Under the pieces are notes generated by a model, which was given only the letters and a program-made list of their open reading frames with translations, was not told the origin of the DNA and did no database searches. From the IMG/VR virus record IMGVR_UViG_3300028840_001821: a DNA stretch of 64,000 bases; one strand, given 5' to 3'. Shown here in pieces: positions 10,128 to 19,069 of this stretch. Position numbers and translations under genes: made by a program. Origin of the DNA: a virus (taxonomy: Duplodnaviria; Heunggongvirae; Uroviricota; Caudoviricetes). The number at the start of each line of letters is the position of its first letter. Positions within the stretch are counted from its first letter, which is position 1.

Positions 10128-11145
10128 CAAGGCGTTCTCATGGTCGCGTGATAAACACACGTGGGCGTGCTGGAGCCACGGTTGTCATGAAGAGTTCGGT
10201 CGAGACGCCATCGGGTTCATTCGGGCGTTCACCGGCTGTGGGATGCAGGAGGCGTGCAACATCATCGCTCGCGCATTGGCGGGTGACGAGGAGCTAAAGA
10301 ATCTCAAGGAGGTTAGTCGCCAGAAGTCTTTGAAGGATCTCTTAAACAAAGCAAGACCAGAGAGACTAGAGACTATCGACCCAGCGTGCCTACAGGAGTT
10401 AGACTTAGACCACCAATACATGCAGGAGCGCGGGTTCAGTCCGTCTGTGCTACGGTTCAATAGCGTGGGCTACTACGGCGGGCGGGATTCTTCTTCCTTT
10501 ATGAGAGGGAGGATTATTTTCCCCATTCGTGATCTTGACGGCGAGATCGTAGGGTTCACGGGGCGCACAACGCTGGACGACGCCGACGAGCGGAAGAAGC
10601 GTGGCGTCTCTAAGTGGTTACATAGCGGTGGGTTACACCGTCACTACAGCCTTGCGAAGAAGTCGATCCTATATAATTGTCATCAGGCGAAGAACTTCAC
10701 GCCGGGCGGAACGATCATCTTGGTCGAGGGACCGATCGACGTGCTACGTCTTCAGGACGCGGGCATCCATAATGTATGCGCGGTGCTTGGCACACAGTTG
10801 AGTCGTCAGCAGGAGATGATGATTCGTAAGATGGGAGCGCGGATAATCATCCCCCTATTCGACGCGGACGCGGCTGGAGAGAAAACCATCAAGGGGATGC
10901 AAGACAGATTCAAACAAAACGACCTACTATCAGTGAGAACGATCAGATTACCAGCAGGCAAAGACCCAGGAGACTTGAAACCAAACGAGATCGAGGAGAT
11001 ATTACATGACTTTGTACAACTTCGCAGACACGAGAGTGTATCTACCGGGACCGATGGAGTCGATGAGGGACAAGCAGGCTCATTGGCGGAATCGCCTGAA
11101 GCCGATGCTGTTGGACCTGGGATTCCAGAAGAAGAACATCGTTGA
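9979..11145 (+). CDS. dnaG: DnaG-like primase
   Basis: Zn finger CPMPSH...WACWSHGC; GRIIFPIRD...GFTGR; TOPRIM LVEGPIDV and FDADAAG; KDPGD. ATG 9979 follows GGAGG. Confidence 0.9.
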   Translation: MVSREQLTDLGSKHLPKILRALEIPDLEETHQGMAGPCPMPSHPGDRTNDKAFSWSRDKHTWACWSHGCHEEFGRDAIGFIRAFTGCGMQEACNIIARALAGDEELKNLKEVSRQKSLKDLLNKARPERLETIDPACLQELDLDHQYMQERGFSPSVLRFNSVGYYGGRDSSSFMRGRIIFPIRDLDGEIVGFTGRTTLDDADERKKRGVSKWLHSGGLHRHYSLAKKSILYNCHQAKNFTPGGTIILVEGPIDVLRLQDAGIHNVCAVLGTQLSRQQEMMIRKMGARIIIPLFDADAAGEKTIKGMQDRFKQNDLLSVRTIRLPAGKDPGDLKPNEIEEILHDFVQLRRHESVSTGTDGVDEGQAGSLAESPEADAVGPGIPEEEHR

Positions 11146-11545
11146 TCCGGTAGAGCGTCAGCCGGAGGGCGAATACCAGGAACTTGACCGCCTTCGCGGC
11201 GAACGCGATTGGGATGGGTTCCAGGCGTTGGCTAAAAAGATCGTCCAGCACGACCTTCGCTACGTTGATCTGTGCGATATTCTTGTTGGACACCTATTTC
11301 ATGGCGTGCAGACTTGCGGCACCTGGGACGAGGTATTTATGGCGTGCTTGCAGCGTAAGCCCGTCTTTCTGGCTATGAACGAGTGGCAGGACAAGTGCCC
11401 GGCATGGATTGTCGGTCGCATCGGACACGAGATGATGCACGAGAATATCGAGGAGGTCGTTGAGAACCTCAAGCGCCTCCAGCGCGGGGAGTGGAAGCCG
11501 AAGGGTTGGCGTCCACTGGACGAAAGGTATGAGATTGATGGGTAA
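11006..11545 (+). CDS. Nucleoside 2-deoxyribosyltransferase / nucleotide N-glycosidase-like protein
   Basis: VYLPGPM at N-terminus; DLRYVDLCDILV; TCGTWDEVF (catalytic Glu-type motif). Confidence 0.75.
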   Translation: MTLYNFADTRVYLPGPMESMRDKQAHWRNRLKPMLLDLGFQKKNIVDPVERQPEGEYQELDRLRGERDWDGFQALAKKIVQHDLRYVDLCDILVGHLFHGVQTCGTWDEVFMACLQRKPVFLAMNEWQDKCPAWIVGRIGHEMMHENIEEVVENLKRLQRGEWKPKGWRPLDERYEIDG

Positions 11546-12152
11546 CGCATACATCGGCGTTCGTGGCGCGAAACGCTCGGGCAAAGATACGTTCACGAAC
11601 TATCTAGTGTCCGAGTTGGTAATCCACCTCATTAGTAGGTCTATTGTGCGCACGTCATTTGCTAAGAATCTACGCTTGGCGGTCGCGCAGATCTTCGGGT
11701 TTGATCCAGAGTTTGTGTTCTCTGACGAGTTTAAGCCGTTTGTGACGCACGTGTATCCGCTGCCGGGTAGACATATGTTTGACGAGGAAAAGCCTCTTAC
11801 CGGTAGAGAGCTACTACAATACTTTGGTAGCGAAGTCTGCCGCGAGATGGATAACGACTGCTGGGCGAGAGCGCCGTTTACCGAGGTTGAGCGTGAGCAC
11901 GATAATGCACTCTGCTTTATCACTGACCTACGCTTTCCGAACGAAGCAGACCAATTGCTCCAGCACCACTCTTTTATTATCAAGGTTGAGCGACCGGGGT
12001 TCGATGGAGATGGACACATCTCTGAGCGAGCACTTGACGATTTCGAGGATGACGACTTCATCGTAGATAATTCCGGCACAGAAGAAGATCTCGCCAATGA
12101 GGCAAAGAAGATTGCCGCCGTGATCGCGGAAAGGCTGACACGTGGAGACTAA
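11538..12152 (+). CDS. Deoxynucleoside monophosphate kinase
   Basis: IGVRGAKRSGKDT P-loop; SFAKNLR; GRELLQYFGSEVCR; ITDLRFPNE; HISE, the phage dNMP kinase pattern. Confidence 0.88.
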   Translation: MGNAYIGVRGAKRSGKDTFTNYLVSELVIHLISRSIVRTSFAKNLRLAVAQIFGFDPEFVFSDEFKPFVTHVYPLPGRHMFDEEKPLTGRELLQYFGSEVCREMDNDCWARAPFTEVEREHDNALCFITDLRFPNEADQLLQHHSFIIKVERPGFDGDGHISERALDDFEDDDFIVDNSGTEEDLANEAKKIAAVIAERLTRGD

Positions 12153-13062
12153 GGGACTAACGAGCCTGTCTGCCAGTCGCATCAAGACGTTCAAGATGTG
12201 CCTATTCAAGTACTTCATGAACTACGTGCTAGACCCCCGGGTGGATCTTGGCACGAATTGGGGCGCTTGTCATGGCACGGCTATCCACAACGTTCTTGAG
12301 GCATACGCCAACGGCGACCGCGACTGGAAGAAGAACCTACTTGCCGAGTATCTCCTGGTAGACAAGAGGTATAACAAGAGGTTGCTTCAACAGGCAAAGC
12401 CGGGCGACTATACGAAGCCACGCCCGCTGCACAAGTGTCTCACCGCTGGGTGCGAGCACTACATGGACGGGATCTGTGCGATCGAGGGGGTGGAAGTAGA
12501 GAAGCTGTCCGGCTGTGGTCGTCTCCTATACGGCGCGTCTGTGCGCCTCATGGAGAAGTTCCTTGCCAGTCATGGCGACGTCTACGACAAAGAGATCGTC
12601 GGCGTGGAGCTAGACTTCCGGATTGAGTTCGAGCCGGGCAAGCACATGCGCGGGTATATCGATTTCGCTTACAAGGACGATGGCGTCATCCACATGATCG
12701 ACTACAAGACCGGTCGTAAGTGGGAGCCGTCACAGAACGAGCAGGCGATCAAGGAAGATATCCAGGCGCAGATGTATGCCGTGGCACTCGACCACCTATA
12801 TCCAGATACGCCGACCATTCTGACGTTCCATTTCTTTATGAACCGTCCGATTACCGTGTGGTATACGCCAGCGGAGATCGCCAAGATTCGTTACAACCTC
12901 AGCAAGACGTGGGATGAGATTGCACGATTCCATGAGGAGTTTGAGGTCGCGGCAGAACGAATCCGAGACGGTCAGGCAGATCTGCCGAAGATCTGTAAAT
13001 TCTTATGCAAGGAGGATATTTGCGATGATCAATGGGAGAAGTTCCGAAAGGCAATCGGGTAA
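12142..13062 (+). CDS. PD-(D/E)XK exonuclease, Cas4/RecB-like
   Basis: LSASRIKTFKMC; GTAIHNVLE; GYIDF...MIDYKTG; QAQMYA; C-terminal C-x3-C-x4-C. Confidence 0.85.
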   Translation: METKGLTSLSASRIKTFKMCLFKYFMNYVLDPRVDLGTNWGACHGTAIHNVLEAYANGDRDWKKNLLAEYLLVDKRYNKRLLQQAKPGDYTKPRPLHKCLTAGCEHYMDGICAIEGVEVEKLSGCGRLLYGASVRLMEKFLASHGDVYDKEIVGVELDFRIEFEPGKHMRGYIDFAYKDDGVIHMIDYKTGRKWEPSQNEQAIKEDIQAQMYAVALDHLYPDTPTILTFHFFMNRPITVWYTPAEIAKIRYNLSKTWDEIARFHEEFEVAAERIRDGQADLPKICKFLCKEDICDDQWEKFRKAIG

Positions 13063-13441
13063 GACTTATATTGGTATCGTGGGTGGTAGAGACTTCACGG
13101 ATAAGCGTTATTTCTTTGAGCAGATTCTACGCTTTGTTCCGCTAGAGCCTGATGACAAGGTCCGTGACGTAGTGGTAGTGAGTGGCGGAGCTGCGGGTAC
13201 GGATACCCTGGCTGAACAATTTGCTGCTAAGTTTTATCATGACGAGCCGTGGATATACGAGCCGGAGCAACGCATCATTGAAGACCGGGGGTTTGCTGCT
13301 GCGGCGCATGCTCGTAACCGGGAGATTGTGGCTGCCTCTGATTTCATCGTTGCGTTTTGGGACGGAAAGTCAAAAGGTACCGAGAGTACTGTAAACTATG
13401 CACGACAGGCATGTAAGCCGGTTGTCATCATTTGGATTTAG
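13025..13441 (+). CDS. SLOG-superfamily (YspA/DUF2493-like) protein
   Basis: IGIVGGRDF; VVSGGAAGTD; ARNREIV...VAFWDGKSKGT. Start uncertain. Confidence 0.8.
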   Translation: MINGRSSERQSGKTYIGIVGGRDFTDKRYFFEQILRFVPLEPDDKVRDVVVVSGGAAGTDTLAEQFAAKFYHDEPWIYEPEQRIIEDRGFAAAAHARNREIVAASDFIVAFWDGKSKGTESTVNYARQACKPVVIIWI

Positions 13442-13449
13442 GGGGAGAT

Positions 13450-13659
13450 ATGGCAAAGATTCGCTATGAATTAGAAGAAAAGTATCATGATGGTGGCGTA
13501 GAAACCGACAACGGTAGGGTGACCGGCGACTATGTGGAACACGTCGGTCTCAAGTGTGAGTGTGGATCTATATCTTTCCATGTGCTCATTACTGCGCCGT
13601 GGGAAACAAGCGCCAAATGTACTATCTGTGGTACCTACCACGTAGTGCATTCAGGATAG
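13450..13659 (+). CDS. Small Zn-ribbon protein
   Basis: GGGGAG RBS; CECG...CTICG pairs. Confidence 0.6.
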   Translation: MAKIRYELEEKYHDGGVETDNGRVTGDYVEHVGLKCECGSISFHVLITAPWETSAKCTICGTYHVVHSG

Positions 13660-13667
13660 GGGGAGTA

Positions 13668-14105
13668 ATGCCTACTTACAACTTTGCGTGTGAATGTGGA
13701 TACGCAGCCGAGGTCTTCATGAAGATGGATGACTATCAACCCGTGATAGAGTGTCCTCAGTGTCAGGGAGAGTTCCGTCGTACGTGGACGGGTGATTCTG
13801 CTCCGAACATCAAGACCGGGAAGCGTATGGAAGACCTCTGGAAGCAGATGGGTTGGATGGACCCTGAAGATCCTGATTACCACAAGGTCAACGCCCAGCG
13901 TGTCCGCGCCATGCGAGAGAAGGCGATCAAAGAGCGCGATGACAAGTTGAACAAGGAAGACATGAAGAAGGGTCGGACTAAGGACTTCAAGCCGACCAAG
14001 AGGCGCGGCGATCACGTCTCCAAGCAAGATCTCGACAAGCTACCCGACGTAGCGAAGGATCGCGTCAACGTGGATGAGATTGCAAAGAAGTCAGACGACA
14101 AATAG
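13668..14105 (+). CDS. FmdB-family (CxxC_CxxC) Zn-ribbon protein
   Basis: MPTYNFACECG...ECPQCQG N-terminus; GGGAG RBS; basic/acidic tail. Confidence 0.75.
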   Translation: MPTYNFACECGYAAEVFMKMDDYQPVIECPQCQGEFRRTWTGDSAPNIKTGKRMEDLWKQMGWMDPEDPDYHKVNAQRVRAMREKAIKERDDKLNKEDMKKGRTKDFKPTKRRGDHVSKQDLDKLPDVAKDRVNVDEIAKKSDDK

Positions 14106-14118
14106 CTGGAAGATAGAA

Positions 14119-17100
14119 ATGAACACATCTAAACCAATCGTACACCTTCACTGTCATACGAGCGCCAGCACCATGCACTCGATTGATGGACTAAATACTC
14201 CTGACGATCTGGCGAAGTTCGCAAAGAAGACAGGTGCGGGAGCTATCGCGGTCACGGACCACGGTAACGTTGCAGCCCATATCGCCTTCTGGAAGGCGTG
14301 CAAGAAAGAGGGCGTGAAGCCTATCCTGGGATGCGAGTTCTATCTCATCCCGGACGCCAAGACTCAGAAAGACCAGGGGTTCGGGCGCGGCAAGTCATTC
14401 CATATCACTGTGCTGGCGCAGAACGAGACGGGCTGGCACAATATGATGCGGCTGGTCTCCATCTCCAACTCCCCTGAGTTCTTCCATTACGAGCCACGGA
14501 TTGATTGGGGATCTCTGGTAGCAAACAAAGAGGGCTTGATCATTCTGAGTGGATGCCCCAAAGGGCTGGTCAGCAAGCCGTTCCGCGAGGGTGATGAATC
14601 TCTAGCTACTCAGCGTGCTGGTCTAATGGTCAAAGAGTTTGGCGACAACCTCTACTTCGAGGTCCAGGATATCGGATGCCGGGATCTTGACTGCGATCAG
14701 GCGAAGATCAACGCGTTCATGCGTAAGATGGCGAAGTTGTACGGTCGTCCGACCGTATATACAATGGACGCCCACTTCTCCAAAAAGGAGGATCACGAGG
14801 CTCACCTACACCTGATCGGTATTATGACTGCGCGTCACATCAACGAGGTTAAGGAGAGCTACTCTGACTACGCCGGTGAACTATACCTTAAGACCAGCGA
14901 AGAGTGCCTCCAGTTTGACTGCACACCCCAGGAGATCGACGAGACCCAACGTATCGCTGAGCGTATCGAGGAGTTCGAGGTCGGTGTCGGTGGACGTCAC
15001 CTACCGACTATCAGCAACGACTCGAACGATACTCCTATTGAGCAGCTACGTCAACTCGCTCTGGAGGGTTGGAAGAAGTTTGATATCAGCAGCCGCCCTA
15101 ATAAGGATGAGTATGCGGCACGCATGAAGAAAGAACTCGCCGACATTGAACAAGCGGGTATGGCGGAATACTTCCTCCTTGTCCACGACGTGGTGTCGTG
15201 GGGTAAGGCTCGTGGCATTCCGTTCGGTTCTGGTCGTGGATCAGCGGGTGGTTCGCTCACCCTCTATCTACTCGGCGTGACTGGTAAGGATCTCGATCCC
15301 ATCGAGTGGGGCTTGGTGTGGGAGCGGTTCTACAACGTTGGTCGTTCTCATTCATTCCCGGATGTGGATATTGATGTTGCCAAGGAATATCGGGAAGACG
15401 TGATCCAATACATCGCTGAACGATTCGGTGATGACCGCGTGTCTCAGTTGATTACCTTCGGTCGCATGACTGCCCGCTCCGTGCTGAAGGATGTAATGCG
15501 CACACAGGGCGTCCCGTTTGACGAGGCGAACCGTGTGACAGGATTGATCCCGCCGAAGAACGACGACCACGCCACGGATATCTCCCTAAAGGAAGCGTTC
15601 GATATCAACCCTCAGCTTGCAGCAGCAGAGAAGCTGTATCCCAAGGTGTTCGAGATCGCTCGTAAGCTGGAGGGGAAGTATCGCGGCTATGGTGTCCACG
15701 CTGCCGCCGTTATCATCAACGACGTATCGTTTGATACCGGCAACCTACCGCTCGTGCGAGACAAGAGCGGCAAGAAGCTGATCTGCGGCTGGTCGATGGA
15801 AGAGGTTGATGAACTCGGCTATCTCAAGCTGGATATCCTTGGGCTCAACGAGTTGGATATCATCCACCACGCCCTGGGTCTTGTGAAGGAACGCCACGGT
15901 GTCGATATTGACTTCGAGGGATTCCCACAGGGTAACAAGAGAGCATTTCAGATGCTCGCCGATGGTCGGACAGAGGGTATCTTCCAGATGCGTTCTAACC
16001 TGGGTAGGACTTGGTGTAAGTCTATTGCGCCCACGAACGTTGAAGAGATCTCTGCCATCGCCGCCCTGATCCGTCCGGCGTGCCTCGACGCTGGGATGAC
16101 GAGGCGCTACGCCCGGATCAAGCACGGCGAAGAGGAAGAGGCATATATCCACGACGACCTGAAGCCGGTCCTTGGACCGACCCACTCGGTCTACGTCTAT
16201 CAAGAGCAGGCGCTACAGATGTGCGCGATGGTTGGTATGACGTTGAGCGAGGCGGATATCGTGCGTAAGGCGATCGGCAAGAAGAAGCCGGAGCTACTTG
16301 CCAAGCAGGAGGCTCGCTTCATCGAGCTAGCCAAGCAGAACGGCTACGAAGATATCGCTGAGCAGCTTTGGAACTACATCAAAGAGGGCGCGGGCTACGG
16401 ATTCAACAAGTCTCACTCGGTGGCGTATTCTCTTCTTTCTTACAAGAACGCCTTCTTGAAGGCGAACTATCCGGCGGAGTTCTACTGCGCCAACATGATC
16501 AAGTGCGCCAACCTGGGCGATAAGCAGAAGTCCTTAGAGCGCATCAAGGAACTTATCAATGACGCCAAGATCGCGGGTATTCGGGTAACTCCACCGTCGG
16601 TGACAGTATGCAACATGGACTTCGAGATCACGAGCGAGAGTTCTATCGCGTTCGGTCTATCTCACATCCACGGCGTGGGCATCGGCGGGCTGCGCACGGT
16701 CCAGAAGTGCAGTGCTGCGACTGACTTCTATCACTTCGTTCGACTGGCGAATGAGCACAGGGTCAACCGTCGCGTCATGGAGGGCTTGATTCGTAGTGGA
16801 GCGTGTGACGTGTTCGGTATGCCGCGTAAGCAGATGGAACTCGAATACGAGACCATTCAGGACTTGCCGAAGCGTGAGCGCGAGCACGCCTTTGCCAATA
16901 TCGCTACTGACGGGCTCGTCCCGCTGATCGAAGCGATGGGCGACGAGGATACGGTAGATGACCGTAAGAGTAAGAAGGAGTTCGTGCCCAACAAGAATCG
17001 TCGAGCTAAGCTAAGAGTCCTGTATGAGAAACTGTACCAGGAGTCGGTGTTCAGTGACGACAAGGAGTGGAATCTTCAGAACGAACACAAGTATCTTGGC

Positions 17101-17448
17101 TGTCCCCTGAGCGGCAATTTTGAAGATATCTTCACGTCGCTACCCAACACGGGGCACAACTGTCTTGATACTTTATCGATGGAGAACGACGAACGATTCC
17201 AGCTTTGTGTCCAGATTGATGATGTTCGCGTCGTTCACACGAAGAAGGACAGGAAGCCGATGGCGTTCTTGTCTGTCAGCGATCGATCCTATGGTTTGAA
17301 GGACGTGGTCGTCTTCCCGAAGACGTACTCGAAGTATGGAGAACTACTCGTCCCAAATAGCATCGTTCGGCTATGGTGCTTCTACAATGATGGTGTCAAA
17401 GCCTGGAAAATTCAGCAAATTTCTAAGGTAAAGTCTGAAAGTTTTTAG
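14119..17448 (+). CDS. dnaE: DNA polymerase III alpha subunit (DnaE, family C)
   Basis: PHP domain HLHCHT...TDHGN...GCEF; GSGRGSAGGSL; PDVDID; KLDILGL; YGFNKSH; C-terminal OB fold. No intein seen. Confidence 0.96.
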   Translation: MNTSKPIVHLHCHTSASTMHSIDGLNTPDDLAKFAKKTGAGAIAVTDHGNVAAHIAFWKACKKEGVKPILGCEFYLIPDAKTQKDQGFGRGKSFHITVLAQNETGWHNMMRLVSISNSPEFFHYEPRIDWGSLVANKEGLIILSGCPKGLVSKPFREGDESLATQRAGLMVKEFGDNLYFEVQDIGCRDLDCDQAKINAFMRKMAKLYGRPTVYTMDAHFSKKEDHEAHLHLIGIMTARHINEVKESYSDYAGELYLKTSEECLQFDCTPQEIDETQRIAERIEEFEVGVGGRHLPTISNDSNDTPIEQLRQLALEGWKKFDISSRPNKDEYAARMKKELADIEQAGMAEYFLLVHDVVSWGKARGIPFGSGRGSAGGSLTLYLLGVTGKDLDPIEWGLVWERFYNVGRSHSFPDVDIDVAKEYREDVIQYIAERFGDDRVSQLITFGRMTARSVLKDVMRTQGVPFDEANRVTGLIPPKNDDHATDISLKEAFDINPQLAAAEKLYPKVFEIARKLEGKYRGYGVHAAAVIINDVSFDTGNLPLVRDKSGKKLICGWSMEEVDELGYLKLDILGLNELDIIHHALGLVKERHGVDIDFEGFPQGNKRAFQMLADGRTEGIFQMRSNLGRTWCKSIAPTNVEEISAIAALIRPACLDAGMTRRYARIKHGEEEEAYIHDDLKPVLGPTHSVYVYQEQALQMCAMVGMTLSEADIVRKAIGKKKPELLAKQEARFIELAKQNGYEDIAEQLWNYIKEGAGYGFNKSHSVAYSLLSYKNAFLKANYPAEFYCANMIKCANLGDKQKSLERIKELINDAKIAGIRVTPPSVTVCNMDFEITSESSIAFGLSHIHGVGIGGLRTVQKCSAATDFYHFVRLANEHRVNRRVMEGLIRSGACDVFGMPRKQMELEYETIQDLPKREREHAFANIATDGLVPLIEAMGDEDTVDDRKSKKEFVPNKNRRAKLRVLYEKLYQESVFSDDKEWNLQNEHKYLGCPLSGNFEDIFTSLPNTGHNCLDTLSMENDERFQLCVQIDDVRVVHTKKDRKPMAFLSVSDRSYGLKDVVVFPKTYSKYGELLVPNSIVRLWCFYNDGVKAWKIQQISKVKSESF

Positions 17449-17472
17449 GCGCAAACGCCATAATATATATAG
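17437..17472 (+). promoter_or_regulatory. Promoter-like motif copy 2 (GAAA-N16-GCCATAAT-N3-TATAG)
   Basis: GAAA 17437-17440 and GCCATAAT 17457-17464, at the end of dnaE. Confidence 0.6.
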
Positions 17473-17486
17473 AGGGATGAATCCAT

Positions 17487-18005
17487 ATGGCATCTGTATT
17501 AGTTCAGATAAACCTAACCGCTGGATCGGTCACGGTTTCCGGCTCTGAAGATGGTGAAATCTGTGAACTCCGCCTTAAGTGGCGAGGCAATGAGAATGGA
17601 CTTGAAGGATTTTACGTGGTTGAAAATTCCTTTGAGTCTCTGTTGCTGCAAAAGGATATGTTTATCACCATCACTGATCTTGCGGCTGAGATCTTCCTAC
17701 ATGAGATCATTCATGGCATCGGTCGGATCATGGGCAGCACTGATATCCAGTACACCACTGAACACGGTGTGCGCCTATCAGGTCCCGTATTCATGCCGCC
17801 ATGTGTCATCAACGAAGACGATGTTGAAGAGTTTGTCTCTGCCCAAGCCGCACTTAGTGGTATATGGGGAGAGTATCGCAATAACAGAGAATTGGATGTG
17901 CAGCATATCGATACCGCTCGCAAGGACGATGTGCTGTTCGATTTTGTCAGTCTCTTGAATTTCGAGAGGTTTATTCTAGTTACGCAATTGGAGAGAAGTC
18001 AATGA
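17487..18005 (+). CDS. Hypothetical protein with HExxH motif (possible zincin metallopeptidase)
   Basis: FLHEIIHGIG; GAGGG RBS; follows motif copy 2. Confidence 0.5.
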   Translation: MASVLVQINLTAGSVTVSGSEDGEICELRLKWRGNENGLEGFYVVENSFESLLLQKDMFITITDLAAEIFLHEIIHGIGRIMGSTDIQYTTEHGVRLSGPVFMPPCVINEDDVEEFVSAQAALSGIWGEYRNNRELDVQHIDTARKDDVLFDFVSLLNFERFILVTQLERSQ

Positions 18006-18376
18006 ACTACAACAAGGTAATTCTACTCGGTCGCCTGACTCGTGACCCGGAACTCCGCAAGACCACTGGTGGCACGTCGGTCACCGACTTCGGTCTCGCG
18101 GTCACTCGTGTTTGGAAGAACCAAGGCGGAGAGCAGCAGGAAGAGACGCTCTTTGTCGATATCGTTGCGTGGGGCGCTCAGGCAGAGCTAATCCACGGCA
18201 GCGTAAAGAAGGGGCATCGCCTTCACGTCGAGGGTCGGCTGAAGCTGGAGACGTGGGAGAAGGATGGTGAGAAGCGAAGCCGGATTCGCGTCCACATGGA
18301 GGGCTTCCAGTTCATCGAGCCCAAGGGCGGACCGCCGAAGGCAAAGCCAGCCGACGATGATGACGTCCCGTTTTAA
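18002..18376 (+). CDS. ssb: Single-stranded DNA-binding protein
   Basis: NKVILLGRLTRDPELR; VEGRLKLETWE; acidic DDDVPF C-terminus. Confidence 0.96.
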   Translation: MNYNKVILLGRLTRDPELRKTTGGTSVTDFGLAVTRVWKNQGGEQQEETLFVDIVAWGAQAELIHGSVKKGHRLHVEGRLKLETWEKDGEKRSRIRVHMEGFQFIEPKGGPPKAKPADDDDVPF

Positions 18377-18384
18377 GTAACACG

Positions 18385-18419
18385 GTGGGCGGCGGTGTAT
18401 GCTGTCGCCCACTTTCTTT
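18385..18419 (+). terminator. Intrinsic terminator after ssb
   Basis: GTGGGCGGCGGT-gtat-GCTGTCGCCCAC stem (with G-U pairs) followed by TTTCTTT. Confidence 0.75.
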
Positions 18420-18424
18420 GTATT

Positions 18425-19069
18425 ATGAAGACCTGTAGTAAATGCGGTAAGGTTAAGTTGGAGTCTGACTTCCATAATAGCAAGGCTCACAAGGGAGGTA
18501 TATATCCTTCTTGTAAGTTGTGTTGTAAACAATATCAGGATAAGTACCGACAAAAACATGCTGAACGTTTACGACGGCAGAAACGCCAATACTATTGGAA
18601 TAATGCAGATGCCGTGAAAAATACCGTGAAGAAATACAGAGAGAAGAATTCTAACGTAATTCGTACTCGTAAACGCAAATATGATTTAGAACGTAGGCGA
18701 TCTGATCCTGGGTATAGGTTGATCAAAAATCTACGCGGACGTATTGGTAAAATGCTTCGCACCACCGGGCGGAAGAAGAATAAAAGTACGTTACTTCTAT
18801 TAGGGGTAGGTAGTACGCTAGAGTTTATGTCTGAAATGCAATTGCGTCCGACATGGAGTCCAGAATGGACATGGGACGATTATGGCATCAAATTTGAAAT
18901 CGATCATATTATTCCCCTGTCTAAATGGAAGAATCCAGAAAATGGGATGTGTATTGAGAATTGCCAGCCACTAGACCCTATTGAAAATAGATCTAAGTGT
19001 GATAGTATGCCTAAGAATATTCGTCCCAATCTGCGAAGGAAGTGGGAGTTAGATCAGTATGGAACGTAA
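18425..19069 (+). CDS. Free-standing HNH homing endonuclease with N-terminal Zn finger
   Basis: MKTCSKCG...CKLCC; EIDHIIPLS...NCQPL...EN..K; visibly more AT-rich than its neighbours. Confidence 0.82.
   Translation: MKTCSKCGKVKLESDFHNSKAHKGGIYPSCKLCCKQYQDKYRQKHAERLRRQKRQYYWNNADAVKNTVKKYREKNSNVIRTRKRKYDLERRRSDPGYRLIKNLRGRIGKMLRTTGRKKNKSTLLLLGVGSTLEFMSEMQLRPTWSPEWTWDDYGIKFEIDHIIPLSKWKNPENGMCIENCQPLDPIENRSKCDSMPKNIRPNLRRKWELDQYGT

Noticed and set aside
12142-13062. CRISPR-Cas locus
   Set aside because: Only a solo Cas4-like nuclease; no cas1/cas2 and no repeat-spacer array noticed.
8556-17448. Inteins or group I introns in dnaB, dnaE, nrdJ or thyA
   Set aside because: Lengths and motif spacing are continuous; no intein terminal motifs or LAGLIDADG insertions seen.
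18473-18480. Other CCATAAT/ATTATGGC matches (e.g. near 1310, 18473, 18889, 26383, 59707)
   Set aside because: They lie inside coding sequence or at a start codon and lack the full GCCATAAT plus GAAA-N16 context on a usable strand.
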